Shown here piece by piece: positions 30,573-40,319 of a stretch of 64,000 bases of DNA. The translations under genes and the position numbers were made by a program. This stretch comes from a virus (taxonomy: Duplodnaviria > Caudoviricetes): positions 1 through 64,000 of IMG/VR virus record IMGVR_UViG_3300032237_000809. The stretch is one strand, 5' to 3'. The notes below the pieces were generated by a model. The model made no database searches and was not told the origin of the DNA. It saw only the letters and a program-made list of their open reading frames with translations. Each line of letters opens with the position of its first letter. The first letter of the stretch is position 1.

Positions 30573-31972
30573 TGGCACTAAATCCTTTTTTTCTACAAGG
30601 ATCACCTGGAGAACAAAGACTCATTCAAGAGTTAATTAATGAACAGTTACAAATTTATGGTATAGAAGTAACTTATATACCAAGAAAATTTGTAAAAAAA
30701 GAAACTATAATAAAAGAAGTTACTGCATCAAAATTTGATGATAATTTTTCTATAGAAGCTTATGTAAGTAATTATGATGGATATACTGGATCAGGAGATA
30801 TATTAACAAAATTTGGAATGAATTTGAAAGATGAAATAACTTTAATTATATCTAAAGAAAGATTTGAGGATTTTATATCTCCATTCCTATCTTCAATGAG
30901 TCCCGAAGAAATTATAGTATCAACTCGTCCAAGAGAAGGAGATATTATTTATTTTCCTTTAGGTAAAAGATTATTTGAAGTTAAGTTTGTAGAACATGAA
31001 AAACCATTTTATCAGTTAGGTAAAACGTATGTTTATGAAATTAGTTGTGAACTGTTTGAATTGGAAGATGAAATTGGTGGATTTAGTGATTCAAATTATG
31101 TAACTGAAGCAATAGATACAACTTTACAAGATCAAGGATATATAACTACTTTACAATTATTTGGAAGCGGACAAAGAGCAACTGCAAATACTGGTATTAA
31201 TAGTGGATATATTAGAAAAGTTTCATTAATTAATGATGGATATGATTATCTTATCCCACCAACAATTACATTTACTCCTGCTCCTAATGGGGGACAAACC
31301 GCATCTGCTGTAGCATTTACTACATGCAAAGGAGGAGTTTGTTCAATAAAAGAAATTTTATTAATAAATCCTGGATATGGATATACAGTAGAACCAAAAG
31401 TTAATATTATTAGTTCTGATAATGGATTTGGTGCTGAAGCAAAATGCGAATTTATTAAAAATTATTCTGGTATTGGTTCCATCGGTATACAAACTTATGG
31501 TAATGGATATGCAAATTCTCCAATAGTTACATTCAGTTCTCCTACAGTAGGTTCAGCAATAACTGCAATAGGGAAAGCAGTAGTTGGATCTTCGGGAAGT
31601 ATTACACAAATTTTAATTAAAGATGCTGGAATTGGATATGCTTCTACGCCATCAATTACAATACAAAATCCACCATTATTAACTGGAATTGGTACATATA
31701 AATTTAATGAAATTGTTACTGGATCAATTTCTGGCACAACTTCAAGAGTTAAATCTTGGTTCAAAGATACTAAGGTTCTTGAAGTTGGGGTGATTGACGG
31801 AACATTTGAAAATGGTGAAATAATTGTTGGATCTGCATCATCCGCAATATATACACTCAAATCTACTTCTGAAAGTAAATTTGTGGATAAATATGAAGAA
31901 AATGATCAGATAGAAAAAGAAGCTGATCTCATTGTAGATTTTTCAGAATCAAATCCATTTGGTAACTATTAA
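30572..31972 (+). CDS. gp14: neck protein gp14 with Gly-rich insertion
   Basis: EQ.LI..L..E...YG.EV.Y.PR, RP.EGD.IYFP, FEVKFVEHE.PFYQLG, DFSESNPFG. Confidence 0.93.
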   Translation: MALNPFFLQGSPGEQRLIQELINEQLQIYGIEVTYIPRKFVKKETIIKEVTASKFDDNFSIEAYVSNYDGYTGSGDILTKFGMNLKDEITLIISKERFEDFISPFLSSMSPEEIIVSTRPREGDIIYFPLGKRLFEVKFVEHEKPFYQLGKTYVYEISCELFELEDEIGGFSDSNYVTEAIDTTLQDQGYITTLQLFGSGQRATANTGINSGYIRKVSLINDGYDYLIPPTITFTPAPNGGQTASAVAFTTCKGGVCSIKEILLINPGYGYTVEPKVNIISSDNGFGAEAKCEFIKNYSGIGSIGIQTYGNGYANSPIVTFSSPTVGSAITAIGKAVVGSSGSITQILIKDAGIGYASTPSITIQNPPLLTGIGTYKFNEIVTGSISGTTSRVKSWFKDTKVLEVGVIDGTFENGEIIVGSASSAIYTLKSTSESKFVDKYEENDQIEKEADLIVDFSESNPFGNY

Positions 31973-32769
31973 TGCTAGGATCTTATTTTTATCATCATAT
32001 CATAAGAAAAACCATTATTGCTTTTGGTACTCTTTTTAATAACATCTATATAAAGCATCAAGATTCTGAAGAAAATATTTATAGTGAACTCAGAGTCCCA
32101 TTGGCATATGGTCCAATGCAAAAATTTCTTGCAAGACTTGAACAGCAAGCAGATTTAAATAAACCTGTTCAAACTACATTACCTAGAATGTCATTTGAAA
32201 TGGTTTCCATCAAATATGATCCAAGCAGAAAGGTTGGAGCAACACAATCTTTCTCAGCATCTGATGGAAATAAACTAAAAAAAGTTTATATGCCAGTTGC
32301 GTATAATATTGGATTTGAATTAAATATCTTTACAAAATTAAATGACGATTCATTCCAGATCGTAGAGCAGATTCTTCCTTATTTTCAACCAGCATTTACT
32401 CTTACTATAGATTTGGTAAATTCAATTGGTGAGAAAAGAGATATTCCTTTAGTTTTAGATGATGTTTCTTTTAAAGATGATTATGAAGGTGATTTTTCTA
32501 CAAGAAGATCTTTAATTTATACTCTAAAATTTACAGCAAAAACATATCTGTTTGGTCCTATTGCAGATACTACAGATGGTCTTATTCGTAAAGTACAAGT
32601 CGATCTCTATACGGGTACAGATACTGTAAATTCTAAGAGAGAAATGAGATATACAGTTGTTCCAGATCCTATTGATGCCGAACCAACTGATGACTTTGGA
32701 TTTAATGAGAATTGGGAATTCTTTAACGATTCTAAAACTTATAGTCCAACTCAAAAAACTGATATTTAA
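31972..32769 (+). CDS. gp15: tail sheath stabiliser/terminator gp15
   Basis: YFYH..IRK.I.AFGTLFN, VPLAYGP..KF, LPRMSFE, Q..EQILPYFQP. Confidence 0.95.
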   Translation: MLGSYFYHHIIRKTIIAFGTLFNNIYIKHQDSEENIYSELRVPLAYGPMQKFLARLEQQADLNKPVQTTLPRMSFEMVSIKYDPSRKVGATQSFSASDGNKLKKVYMPVAYNIGFELNIFTKLNDDSFQIVEQILPYFQPAFTLTIDLVNSIGEKRDIPLVLDDVSFKDDYEGDFSTRRSLIYTLKFTAKTYLFGPIADTTDGLIRKVQVDLYTGTDTVNSKREMRYTVVPDPIDAEPTDDFGFNENWEFFNDSKTYSPTQKTDI

Positions 32770-32780
32770 TGGTAATTAAT

Positions 32781-33209
32781 ATGGCAAATAATTTTGAATC
32801 CATTGATAAAACATTGAATACTAAAAGTAACATCATCGAAGTTGAACCAAAAGTATCCAATGTTAAAATACTGAAGGCGACTCCAGATGATATTCAAAAA
32901 GATTATGAATATAGTAGAGCACAATTATATTCACTTATTGAAAAAGGCCAGGAAACATTGAATGGCATTATGGAACTTGCAGCAGAAACTGCTAGTCCAA
33001 GGGCATATGAAGTTGCAGGACAGATTTTAAAAAGTGTTGGTGATACTGCAGATAAATTAATTGATCTTCAGAAGAAAATGAAAGGTATTGAAGATGAAGA
33101 TGCAAAGGCAACTAATAATGTAACTAATAATGCGGTTTTTGTTGGATCAACGTCAGAATTGCAAAAATTACTCAAAAAAGGTTTTCTAAATAATAAAGAG
33201 AAATTTTAA
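32781..33209 (+). CDS. gp16: terminase small subunit gp16
   Basis: DYEYSR..L..LIEKG, PRAYEV, NNAVFVGST.EL. Confidence 0.93.
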   Translation: MANNFESIDKTLNTKSNIIEVEPKVSNVKILKATPDDIQKDYEYSRAQLYSLIEKGQETLNGIMELAAETASPRAYEVAGQILKSVGDTADKLIDLQKKMKGIEDEDAKATNNVTNNAVFVGSTSELQKLLKKGFLNNKEKF

Positions 33210-33217
33210 ATATATAA

Positions 33218-35245
33218 ATGGATCTCAAGTCTCATAGAACAGTTGAACAAATTGCAAAGAAACATCGTTTGGATATTTCTTTTGTAAAAAAACAACTTGA
33301 AATGGGAATTCCAATTGAGCATGAACATACGCAAAATAGAATTATAGCAACTGATATTGCTCTTCAACATTTAGATGAGATTCCAGATTATTATACTCGT
33401 CTTAAAAAAATGGAAGCATCTGCAAAAAAAGAACATAAAAAGTTCAGAGATGTAAAAGAAGATGCTGTGACTGACCTTCAGAGAGGTATTACTGAATTAC
33501 CTGATGCATCCTATGATTCCATAGATAATTTAATGAGACGCATTATGAAGAAAAGAAAAATGAGCGCCAAACAACTTCATAATGATTTTGTTAATAGACA
33601 CAATCAAACTCCAGATACTTGGGCAAAAAAGAACATGAAGGAAGAAACCAAATCTGGAGATCAAGGTCTTCATGATTGGTTTGACAAATCCAAATCAAAA
33701 GATAAAAAACCAGGTTGGGTAAATGTTGTAACTGGCGGAACTTGTGCAAGTGATGAACCTGGAGAAGGAGTTCCAAAGTGTGTATCTTCTCAGAGAAGAG
33801 CAAATATGTCCAAAGAAGAAAGATTATCAGCATCAAGAAGAAAAAAAGCAGCAGATCCTAGACAACAAGAAAAATCTGGTGCTGCAAAACCAACAAATGT
33901 AAGGACGGAAGAAATGGATCTACAAGAAGTAAAAGATAAACCAGGTAAAGGTAGTGGTAAAAAAGATGCTTGTTATAATAAAGTAAAGTCAAGATATGAT
34001 GTTTGGCCTAGTGCATATGCATCTGGAGCACTTGTCAAGTGTCGTAAAGTTGGTGCTGCTAATTGGGGAACAAAAAGTGAGGCAGCAAACCTTGATCAAC
34101 AACCAGCAATTGCAATTAAGATGAAAAAGAAAGGAATTAAACCAAAATCAGAAATGGAGGAAGATTGTTGGGATGAATATAAGAAAAAAGGTATGAAAAA
34201 GAAAGGTAATAAAATGGTTCCAAATTGCGTTCCAATAAAAGAAACAATGGAAATGAAAAGATATTGTCCAAAATGTGCAAAAGAAGAAACTCGTGATGAA
34301 TGCAAATATGGGCAAAAATATTGGGATATGTTCTCAATGCCAATTACTTTAAAGCATTATACACCAAATACTCCCCATCCTGGAAATATGCCAGAAGAAA
34401 AAGATTATGAGTATTCAATGGCACGTTCTGAACTGAATACAATCATAAACGCCTCAAAAAGATTAAAGAAAAAAATAGGTAAAGGTGAAGGCAATCTTGA
34501 AGCATGGATTCAATCCAAAATTACTAAAGCCGCAGATTATATCGACACTGCTGCCGATTATATTGATAGTGGCGAAAGTAAAGTAAATGAAGATGTTACC
34601 ATTGAAGATGCGGACGGTAATACATTTCTCAGAATTATTAATATTATCAGACCGGAACGATTGAAGACAACAAGAGGTATTAGTAATAGATTAGTTGGAG
34701 AAAGTATTTCTAGTGAACCAAAGTTAAAACCAGGATCTGGACTTGGTGGTGGAAAACCAGTTTATGAGAAAGAAAAAGAACCAAAACCAACAGGTGCAGA
34801 ATTGCCAAAATTACCTTTAGCAAAGGGAGAAGGTGGATCTCCATATGAACCATATAAGGCACCAAAAGAGGATCCAAAAAATCCTTATGTTCCTGCACCA
34901 AAAAGACTAAAGGTTCAATTAGCACATTATGAGTTTGAAGGTAAAACTCTTTCTCAATTTATGATTGAAGCATCCGCTGCTTGGCAAAGAAAAGAGGGAA
35001 AGAATCCTGAGGGTGGTCTAAACAAAAAAGGAATCTCCTCATACCGAAAAGAGCATCCAGGATCACACCTTTCACTTGCGGTTACAACTAAACCATCAAA
35101 GTTGAAAGCAGGTTCTAAAAAAGCAAATCGCAGAAAGTCTTTTTGTAGTCGTATGTCTGGCATGAAAGCAAAATTAACAAGTGCAAAAACTGCAAATGAT
35201 CCTAATTCAAGAATCAATAAATCATTAAGAAAGTGGAATTGTTAG
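33218..35245 (+). CDS. modular basic hypothetical protein (675 aa), candidate internal-head polyprotein
   Basis: String of short modules (EHEH..IAL.HL.E.PDYY; WPSAYASG; CW..Y...VPNCVP; EAW.QSKIT; GGLN.KG..RRKSFC.RM) separated by Glu-ending linkers. Confidence 0.8.
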   Translation: MDLKSHRTVEQIAKKHRLDISFVKKQLEMGIPIEHEHTQNRIIATDIALQHLDEIPDYYTRLKKMEASAKKEHKKFRDVKEDAVTDLQRGITELPDASYDSIDNLMRRIMKKRKMSAKQLHNDFVNRHNQTPDTWAKKNMKEETKSGDQGLHDWFDKSKSKDKKPGWVNVVTGGTCASDEPGEGVPKCVSSQRRANMSKEERLSASRRKKAADPRQQEKSGAAKPTNVRTEEMDLQEVKDKPGKGSGKKDACYNKVKSRYDVWPSAYASGALVKCRKVGAANWGTKSEAANLDQQPAIAIKMKKKGIKPKSEMEEDCWDEYKKKGMKKKGNKMVPNCVPIKETMEMKRYCPKCAKEETRDECKYGQKYWDMFSMPITLKHYTPNTPHPGNMPEEKDYEYSMARSELNTIINASKRLKKKIGKGEGNLEAWIQSKITKAADYIDTAADYIDSGESKVNEDVTIEDADGNTFLRIINIIRPERLKTTRGISNRLVGESISSEPKLKPGSGLGGGKPVYEKEKEPKPTGAELPKLPLAKGEGGSPYEPYKAPKEDPKNPYVPAPKRLKVQLAHYEFEGKTLSQFMIEASAAWQRKEGKNPEGGLNKKGISSYRKEHPGSHLSLAVTTKPSKLKAGSKKANRRKSFCSRMSGMKAKLTSAKTANDPNSRINKSLRKWNC

Positions 35246-35246
35246 T

Positions 35247-36125
35247 ATGAATGAATTAACAGAACTTTTTAAGTTAGTAGCGCAAGAAAAGAAACAAAAA
35301 AAAGAAGAATTTGAATCTTTAGTCGGTGACTTGGGACTAGATTCCATCTTTGAGGAAGTTTCTATTCTCAAAACTAAGAGTAAAATAAAAAATAAAAAAG
35401 GTGATAAGGCACTCAAAGTATTTGAGGACTTACTATCATCTAGAGAGATGGAACCGAATATTGAAGAAGAAATTGAAGAAATTTTTGAAGTAGTAGAAGA
35501 ACTTCAAGAAGAACTTGAAGAACCAAAAAATAAACTGATTGAACGGTCATTAGGACTTCTTGCAGAACCATCAAATACTAAAGTTCAGCAAGACCCACTC
35601 ACTCCACTGGATCAGAAGTTTGCAACACTCGACGATTTACAGAAACATTACAGTACTTTCCTTTCTCGTATTCAACAACAACTCTCCACATTAGGTGGTG
35701 GTGGTGAAACTCGTTTAAGATACCTTGATGATATTGTGGGAGTTGCAACAAATTCAAGTGCTTATAATCAAAAGTTTTTGCAATGGAATTCAACTACAAA
35801 TACGGCAGAGTTTGTTGATCCAAGTGATTCTGAAACTACGACGATAGTTTCTATCAGTGGAATTACGCCATACTATCAAGCATCAAATGTAGATGATTAT
35901 ATTGGCGTAAGTGCGAATGTTCCCGTAACTATTGATTTGCCATTATCTCCCATAGTAGGTAAAAAAATTGTTGTAAAAGATGAGGGAAATAAAATCGCTA
36001 CATATAATATCACAGTACAAGCAGGTGCTGGAACAAGTGTTGAGAATGATAGTTCAGTTATTATGGATATCAATCATCAAAGTTTCACATACTTCTTTAA
36101 TGGAAATAATTGGTTCTTAATCTAA
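35247..36125 (+). CDS. hypothetical protein (292 aa), probable virion protein
   Basis: Acidic N-terminus; LSTLGGGGE.RL..LDD motif; beta-rich C-terminus. Confidence 0.8.
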   Translation: MNELTELFKLVAQEKKQKKEEFESLVGDLGLDSIFEEVSILKTKSKIKNKKGDKALKVFEDLLSSREMEPNIEEEIEEIFEVVEELQEELEEPKNKLIERSLGLLAEPSNTKVQQDPLTPLDQKFATLDDLQKHYSTFLSRIQQQLSTLGGGGETRLRYLDDIVGVATNSSAYNQKFLQWNSTTNTAEFVDPSDSETTTIVSISGITPYYQASNVDDYIGVSANVPVTIDLPLSPIVGKKIVVKDEGNKIATYNITVQAGAGTSVENDSSVIMDINHQSFTYFFNGNNWFLI

Positions 36126-36126
36126 T

Positions 36127-36981
36127 ATGTCATATAATCCTCTTCCACAACCAGCAAATGTAGTTGCCATTAGTGCTGGTTCATCGGTCACAGAAGTTAA
36201 TAGATTTCCAGTAGGTATTGGTTCCACTGGTTTTGTAACACTTAAAACTGGAAATACTCCAATCAGTTTTTCCAATCCACTTCCAGTATCATTGGGTTCA
36301 TCCAATATTACTATTACTGGTAATGTAAATGTAGGAACTACGGTATCAGTCACTAGTACTCCACAAAATCCAGTTCACACTCACATTACTGAAGTTGGTT
36401 CAAGTGGTATTTTGCAGGATATGGGTATCCCATATCTTCCAGTGGGTATATCAACTTTTAATAATATTATAGTTATCAAACAACCTGAAGGCAGTTTATA
36501 TTCATTCAACAATCACGCAACAAATACAAATCGCGGTTGGACTATGGACGATACAATGAGACCTGTGCTGAGTATTAGAGTGAATAGTTCTGGAACCACT
36601 ATAGCAGATTTGGCAGAAATTGCAGAATATGAAATTGGAAATAATAACGCAAGTCAAAGCACTATCATCTATGAGTGGTATGAGGGTGATATTAATATTT
36701 CTGGAGCAGCAATTCCTGCTTGGAATTCATTAGGAACAAAATTGCAATATAGAGTATATCAAGATAAGTATAGCAGTAATGCGGGAAATACCTTTACACA
36801 AAATAGTTCTGTTATGAGACATAGTGGAGTTATTATTGGAAAAAATACTTCAGGTGATGAAGGACCATCAACTATGCATGGTGGAGCATCTCCAAATATG
36901 CTTACACTTTGTATGAGAAGAGTTGATAACTCAACGAAATTGGATGTTTGGTTTGCTTTTACTTGTAAGGAATTATCTTAA
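36127..36981 (+). CDS. hypothetical protein (284 aa)
   Basis: ORF track; tight operon spacing. Confidence 0.8.
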   Translation: MSYNPLPQPANVVAISAGSSVTEVNRFPVGIGSTGFVTLKTGNTPISFSNPLPVSLGSSNITITGNVNVGTTVSVTSTPQNPVHTHITEVGSSGILQDMGIPYLPVGISTFNNIIVIKQPEGSLYSFNNHATNTNRGWTMDDTMRPVLSIRVNSSGTTIADLAEIAEYEIGNNNASQSTIIYEWYEGDINISGAAIPAWNSLGTKLQYRVYQDKYSSNAGNTFTQNSSVMRHSGVIIGKNTSGDEGPSTMHGGASPNMLTLCMRRVDNSTKLDVWFAFTCKELS

Positions 36982-36986
36982 CTATT

Positions 36987-38876
36987 ATGACAATCGAAGA
37001 TATTCAACTAAAGCAATCCGATGCTTATCTCTCTAATCCAAATTTAAAGAGAGCAAACACAACTATTGAGTGGACTGAAGATCAAATTATTGAGTTTTTG
37101 AGATGTAAAGAAAATCCTGTATATTTTGCAAAAAATTACATTAAAATTGTTTCTCTTGATGAAGGACTTGTTCCTTTTGAAATGTATCCGTTTCAGGAAA
37201 AATTAGTTCAACGATTTCATGAGAATCGTTTTAATATATGTAAAATGCCACGCCAAACCGGCAAATCTTTAGCATTAGACACTCCAATTCCAACTCCAAA
37301 TAGTTGGACAACAATGGGGGATTTAAAAGTTGGGGATGTTATTTTTTCCCCCTCTGGCGATAGTGTTTCGGTTACTATGAAAACTGAAATAATGTATAAT
37401 CATAATTGCTATAAATTATATTTTGATAATGGTGAGGAAATAGTTGCAGATGCGGGTCATTTATGGGAGGTTGATAGTTCATATTGGAGAACTGGTAAAA
37501 AAGTATTAACATCTCAAGAAATATACGATAAGTACGAAACAAAAACTAAAAATAAAAGAGGAAGTGGCGTTCAAGGGTCATTATATATTGAAAAATCCAA
37601 ACCAATCAATTTTATTAAAAACTCATTAGATATTGATCCATATCTTCTTGGAGTTTGGTTGGGAGATGGATATTCTTCAGATGGAAGAATTGTAGCACAT
37701 AAAGATGATTATGAGTTCTATAAGACTATATTCGATATAGAGCATGAAAGAGAAGATGGTAATTGTATGAGATTTAAAGTTAGAGATTTTAAATTAAAAT
37801 TAAAATCTCACAATTTATTAAAAAACAAACATATTCCACAAAATTATTTAAGATCTTCCTATGAAGATAGGTTAGAATTACTTCGTGGATTAATGGATAC
37901 CGATGGATCTGTTACAAAAAATACTAGATCTTTTGAATTTTATCAAAAAAATTATGATTTTATATTACAAGTTGTGGAATTGCTCTCTACCCTTGGCATT
38001 AAATCTAATATTAGAAGAAAAAAAATAAAAGACATTTACTATCACACAGTATCATTTACTACCAAAGAAAGAATATTCAATCTTTCAAGAAAATTGAATA
38101 ATATTGATGTGCTAAGACCAACAAGAATTCAAGAAAATCGACATTATATTCATAAGATAGAAAAAGTTGATAGTGTTCCAGTTGCTTGTATTCAAGTAGA
38201 TAGTGAAGATCATCTATTCTTATGTGGTAAGACTTTTATACCAACTCACAACTCTACAACTTGCGTATCCTACTTACTCCATTATGCAGTTTTTAATGAT
38301 AATGTAAATATTGCTATTCTAGCAAACAAAGCATCTACTGCTAAAGATCTTTTAGGAAGATTGCAACTAGCATATGAAAATCTTCCTAAATGGATGCAAC
38401 AAGGTATTGTATCTTGGAACAAGCAATCATTAGAACTAGAAAACGGATCAAAAATTGTTGCTGCTTCAACTTCCGCATCTGCTGTTCGTGGTGGATCTTA
38501 TAATATCATATTTTTGGACGAATTTGCGTTTATTCCAAATAATATTGCAGATCAGTTCTTTGCGTCGGTTTATCCTACTATTTCTTCCGGTAAATCTACC
38601 AAAGTAATTATTGTATCTACGCCTCACGGTATGAATCACTTCTACCGTATGTGGCATGATGCTGAGAAGGGTAAAAATGAATATGTTCCAACAGATGTTC
38701 ATTGGTCTGAAGTTCCTGGTAGAGATGCAAAATGGAAGGCATCTACGATTTCCAACACCAGCGAATCCCAATTTAAGGTAGAATTTGAAAGTCTTGACTA
38801 TACAACTGTTATAAATAATGGTATGATAGATGTATCTATCGGAGATTTATATGAACAACTCAAAAACGAACAGTAA
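36987..38876 (+). CDS. gp17: terminase large subunit gp17, N-terminal (ATPase) fragment with a contiguous intein and a split-intein N-half
   Basis: Walker A PRQTGK/STT interrupted by an intein; Walker B IIFLDEFAF; VSTPHG; ends QFKVEFE followed by 28-aa IntN. Confidence 0.95.
   Translation: MTIEDIQLKQSDAYLSNPNLKRANTTIEWTEDQIIEFLRCKENPVYFAKNYIKIVSLDEGLVPFEMYPFQEKLVQRFHENRFNICKMPRQTGKSLALDTPIPTPNSWTTMGDLKVGDVIFSPSGDSVSVTMKTEIMYNHNCYKLYFDNGEEIVADAGHLWEVDSSYWRTGKKVLTSQEIYDKYETKTKNKRGSGVQGSLYIEKSKPINFIKNSLDIDPYLLGVWLGDGYSSDGRIVAHKDDYEFYKTIFDIEHEREDGNCMRFKVRDFKLKLKSHNLLKNKHIPQNYLRSSYEDRLELLRGLMDTDGSVTKNTRSFEFYQKNYDFILQVVELLSTLGIKSNIRRKKIKDIYYHTVSFTTKERIFNLSRKLNNIDVLRPTRIQENRHYIHKIEKVDSVPVACIQVDSEDHLFLCGKTFIPTHNSTTCVSYLLHYAVFNDNVNIAILANKASTAKDLLGRLQLAYENLPKWMQQGIVSWNKQSLELENGSKIVAASTSASAVRGGSYNIIFLDEFAFIPNNIADQFFASVYPTISSGKSTKVIIVSTPHGMNHFYRMWHDAEKGKNEYVPTDVHWSEVPGRDAKWKASTISNTSESQFKVEFESLDYTTVINNGMIDVSIGDLYEQLKNEQ
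37266..38252 (+). mobile_element. 329-aa intein with LAGLIDADG endonuclease, class-3 signature
   Basis: SLALDTPIPTP...ADAGHLW...LLGVWLGDG...LLRGLMDTDG...VACIQVD...IPTHN|S; removal restores GKSTT. Confidence 0.95.
38790..38873 (+). mobile_element. split intein N-fragment (28 aa, SLDYTTVINNGMIDVSIGDLYEQLKNEQ)
   Basis: Follows extein EFE; block-A-like xLDY.T.I plus I.DLY..L, as in TerL atypical split inteins. Confidence 0.85.
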
Positions 38877-39996
38877 AAATATCACAAAAGAACAATTGGA
38901 ACATTTGTATCGTGATAAAAAAATGACTTTAGATGAGATTGGGATATATTTTGGATATGCAGATCGCCAACCCATTATTCGTTTATTTAAAAAATTTAAT
39001 ATAAAATCAAGAACAAAAGTGGAAAGTTCTGCCATAGTATTTGAAAATAAAAACAATATTCCGTCGAGAGATGAATTAAAAAAAGATTTAGAAACTATGA
39101 GCGTTTCTAAGGCAGCAAAAAAATATAATATTCATAGAGGATCTTTAACAAAAATTATAAAAAAATATGGTTTGGAAATAGATTATTTTGTAAATTTAAA
39201 TATCAAAGAAAATATTAACAACGAAGAATATAAAGATTTATCCCCCATAGAATTATCTTTGATATTTGGCGTAGAAGTACAGACTATAAAATACTACAAA
39301 AAAACATTCACTAGAAACCAATATGATTTAGAAACCATAAAGGAAAAATTTAACAAATATAATTTTAATTTTAATAGTAAAAGTTTAATAAAACAAATTA
39401 AATGTTCCGATAAAAATTTATATGATTCTATTTTTGAATTAACAAAAAATCAGTATTTACAAAGTAATAAATTTACTGAAAGAATTTATCGCCTTTTTAA
39501 TAATTATAGTGAAGATAAAATTGAACAATGTAAATATTGTAAAAATCCATTAAAATTTTATACTTATGAATTGGGATATGGTAATAGTGAGCATAATATT
39601 TGTAAAATGTGCAACCATTCTATTAATGGGGTATCATTAATTTCCCAAAAATTGTTTTGGAGCATTTATAATTCATTGAATTTTCAAGAAAAAAAGTTTT
39701 GCAAATTTTCAGAATTAAATATAGAAAAGAAAATTTATATAACTAGCAATGATAAATGTAAGTTACTAGAAGTAAAAAATAAATTAAATAAAAATTGCTA
39801 TTTTATTGATTTTATTTTCAATAATAAAATTATAGAATTTGATGGAACTTATTATCATAAAGATAAAGATAAAGATATAGCAAAAGACAAATTTTTAAAT
39901 CTCAAAGGTTATGAAGTTCTCCATATTGATGAATTGGAATATAAAAATTATCCCGAACAAATTTTAAACAAATGCATACAATTCCTGAAAGCGTAG
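38851..39996 (+). CDS. free-standing Vsr/DUF559-like homing endonuclease between the split-intein halves
   Basis: N-terminal HTH repeats, CxxC..CxxC, C-terminal IDF...IIEFDGTYYH...KD.FL...GYEVLHI.E; GGAG SD before ATG38851; TATAAATA at 38810. Confidence 0.85.
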   Translation: MNNSKTNSKNITKEQLEHLYRDKKMTLDEIGIYFGYADRQPIIRLFKKFNIKSRTKVESSAIVFENKNNIPSRDELKKDLETMSVSKAAKKYNIHRGSLTKIIKKYGLEIDYFVNLNIKENINNEEYKDLSPIELSLIFGVEVQTIKYYKKTFTRNQYDLETIKEKFNKYNFNFNSKSLIKQIKCSDKNLYDSIFELTKNQYLQSNKFTERIYRLFNNYSEDKIEQCKYCKNPLKFYTYELGYGNSEHNICKMCNHSINGVSLISQKLFWSIYNSLNFQEKKFCKFSELNIEKKIYITSNDKCKLLEVKNKLNKNCYFIDFIFNNKIIEFDGTYYHKDKDKDIAKDKFLNLKGYEVLHIDELEYKNYPEQILNKCIQFLKA

Positions 39997-40319
39997 TATT
40001 AAACAAAAAAGGACACAAAATACTTTCTCCTGAAGGTTTAGTATCCTTTTTTGGTATAAACAAAATAACTAAAAATAGTTACATTCATCTAAAGTTTTCT
40101 AATGGAAATGAATTGAAATGTTCTTTAGATCACCCATTATCTACAATTGATGGAATAATTAAAGCAAAGGATTTGGACAAATTTACAGAAATTTATACTA
40201 AGGATGGTGGATGTTTTTTAAAAAAATCAAAAATCATTGAGCAACAAATAGATCTATATGATATTGTAAATTCTGGTATTAACCACCTATATTATTCAAA
40301 TGATATAATATCACATAAC
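39972..40319 (+). mobile_element. split intein C-fragment (116 aa)
   Basis: KILSP.G...F.GI, block B KCSLDHP, block F LYDI, block G LYYSNDIISHN|C. Confidence 0.9.

Noticed and set aside
38790-40319. Group I intron or assembly frameshift explaining the gp17 break
   Set aside because: Both flanks translate into intein motifs with exact extein junctions; the ORFs overlap, leaving no room for a ribozyme core
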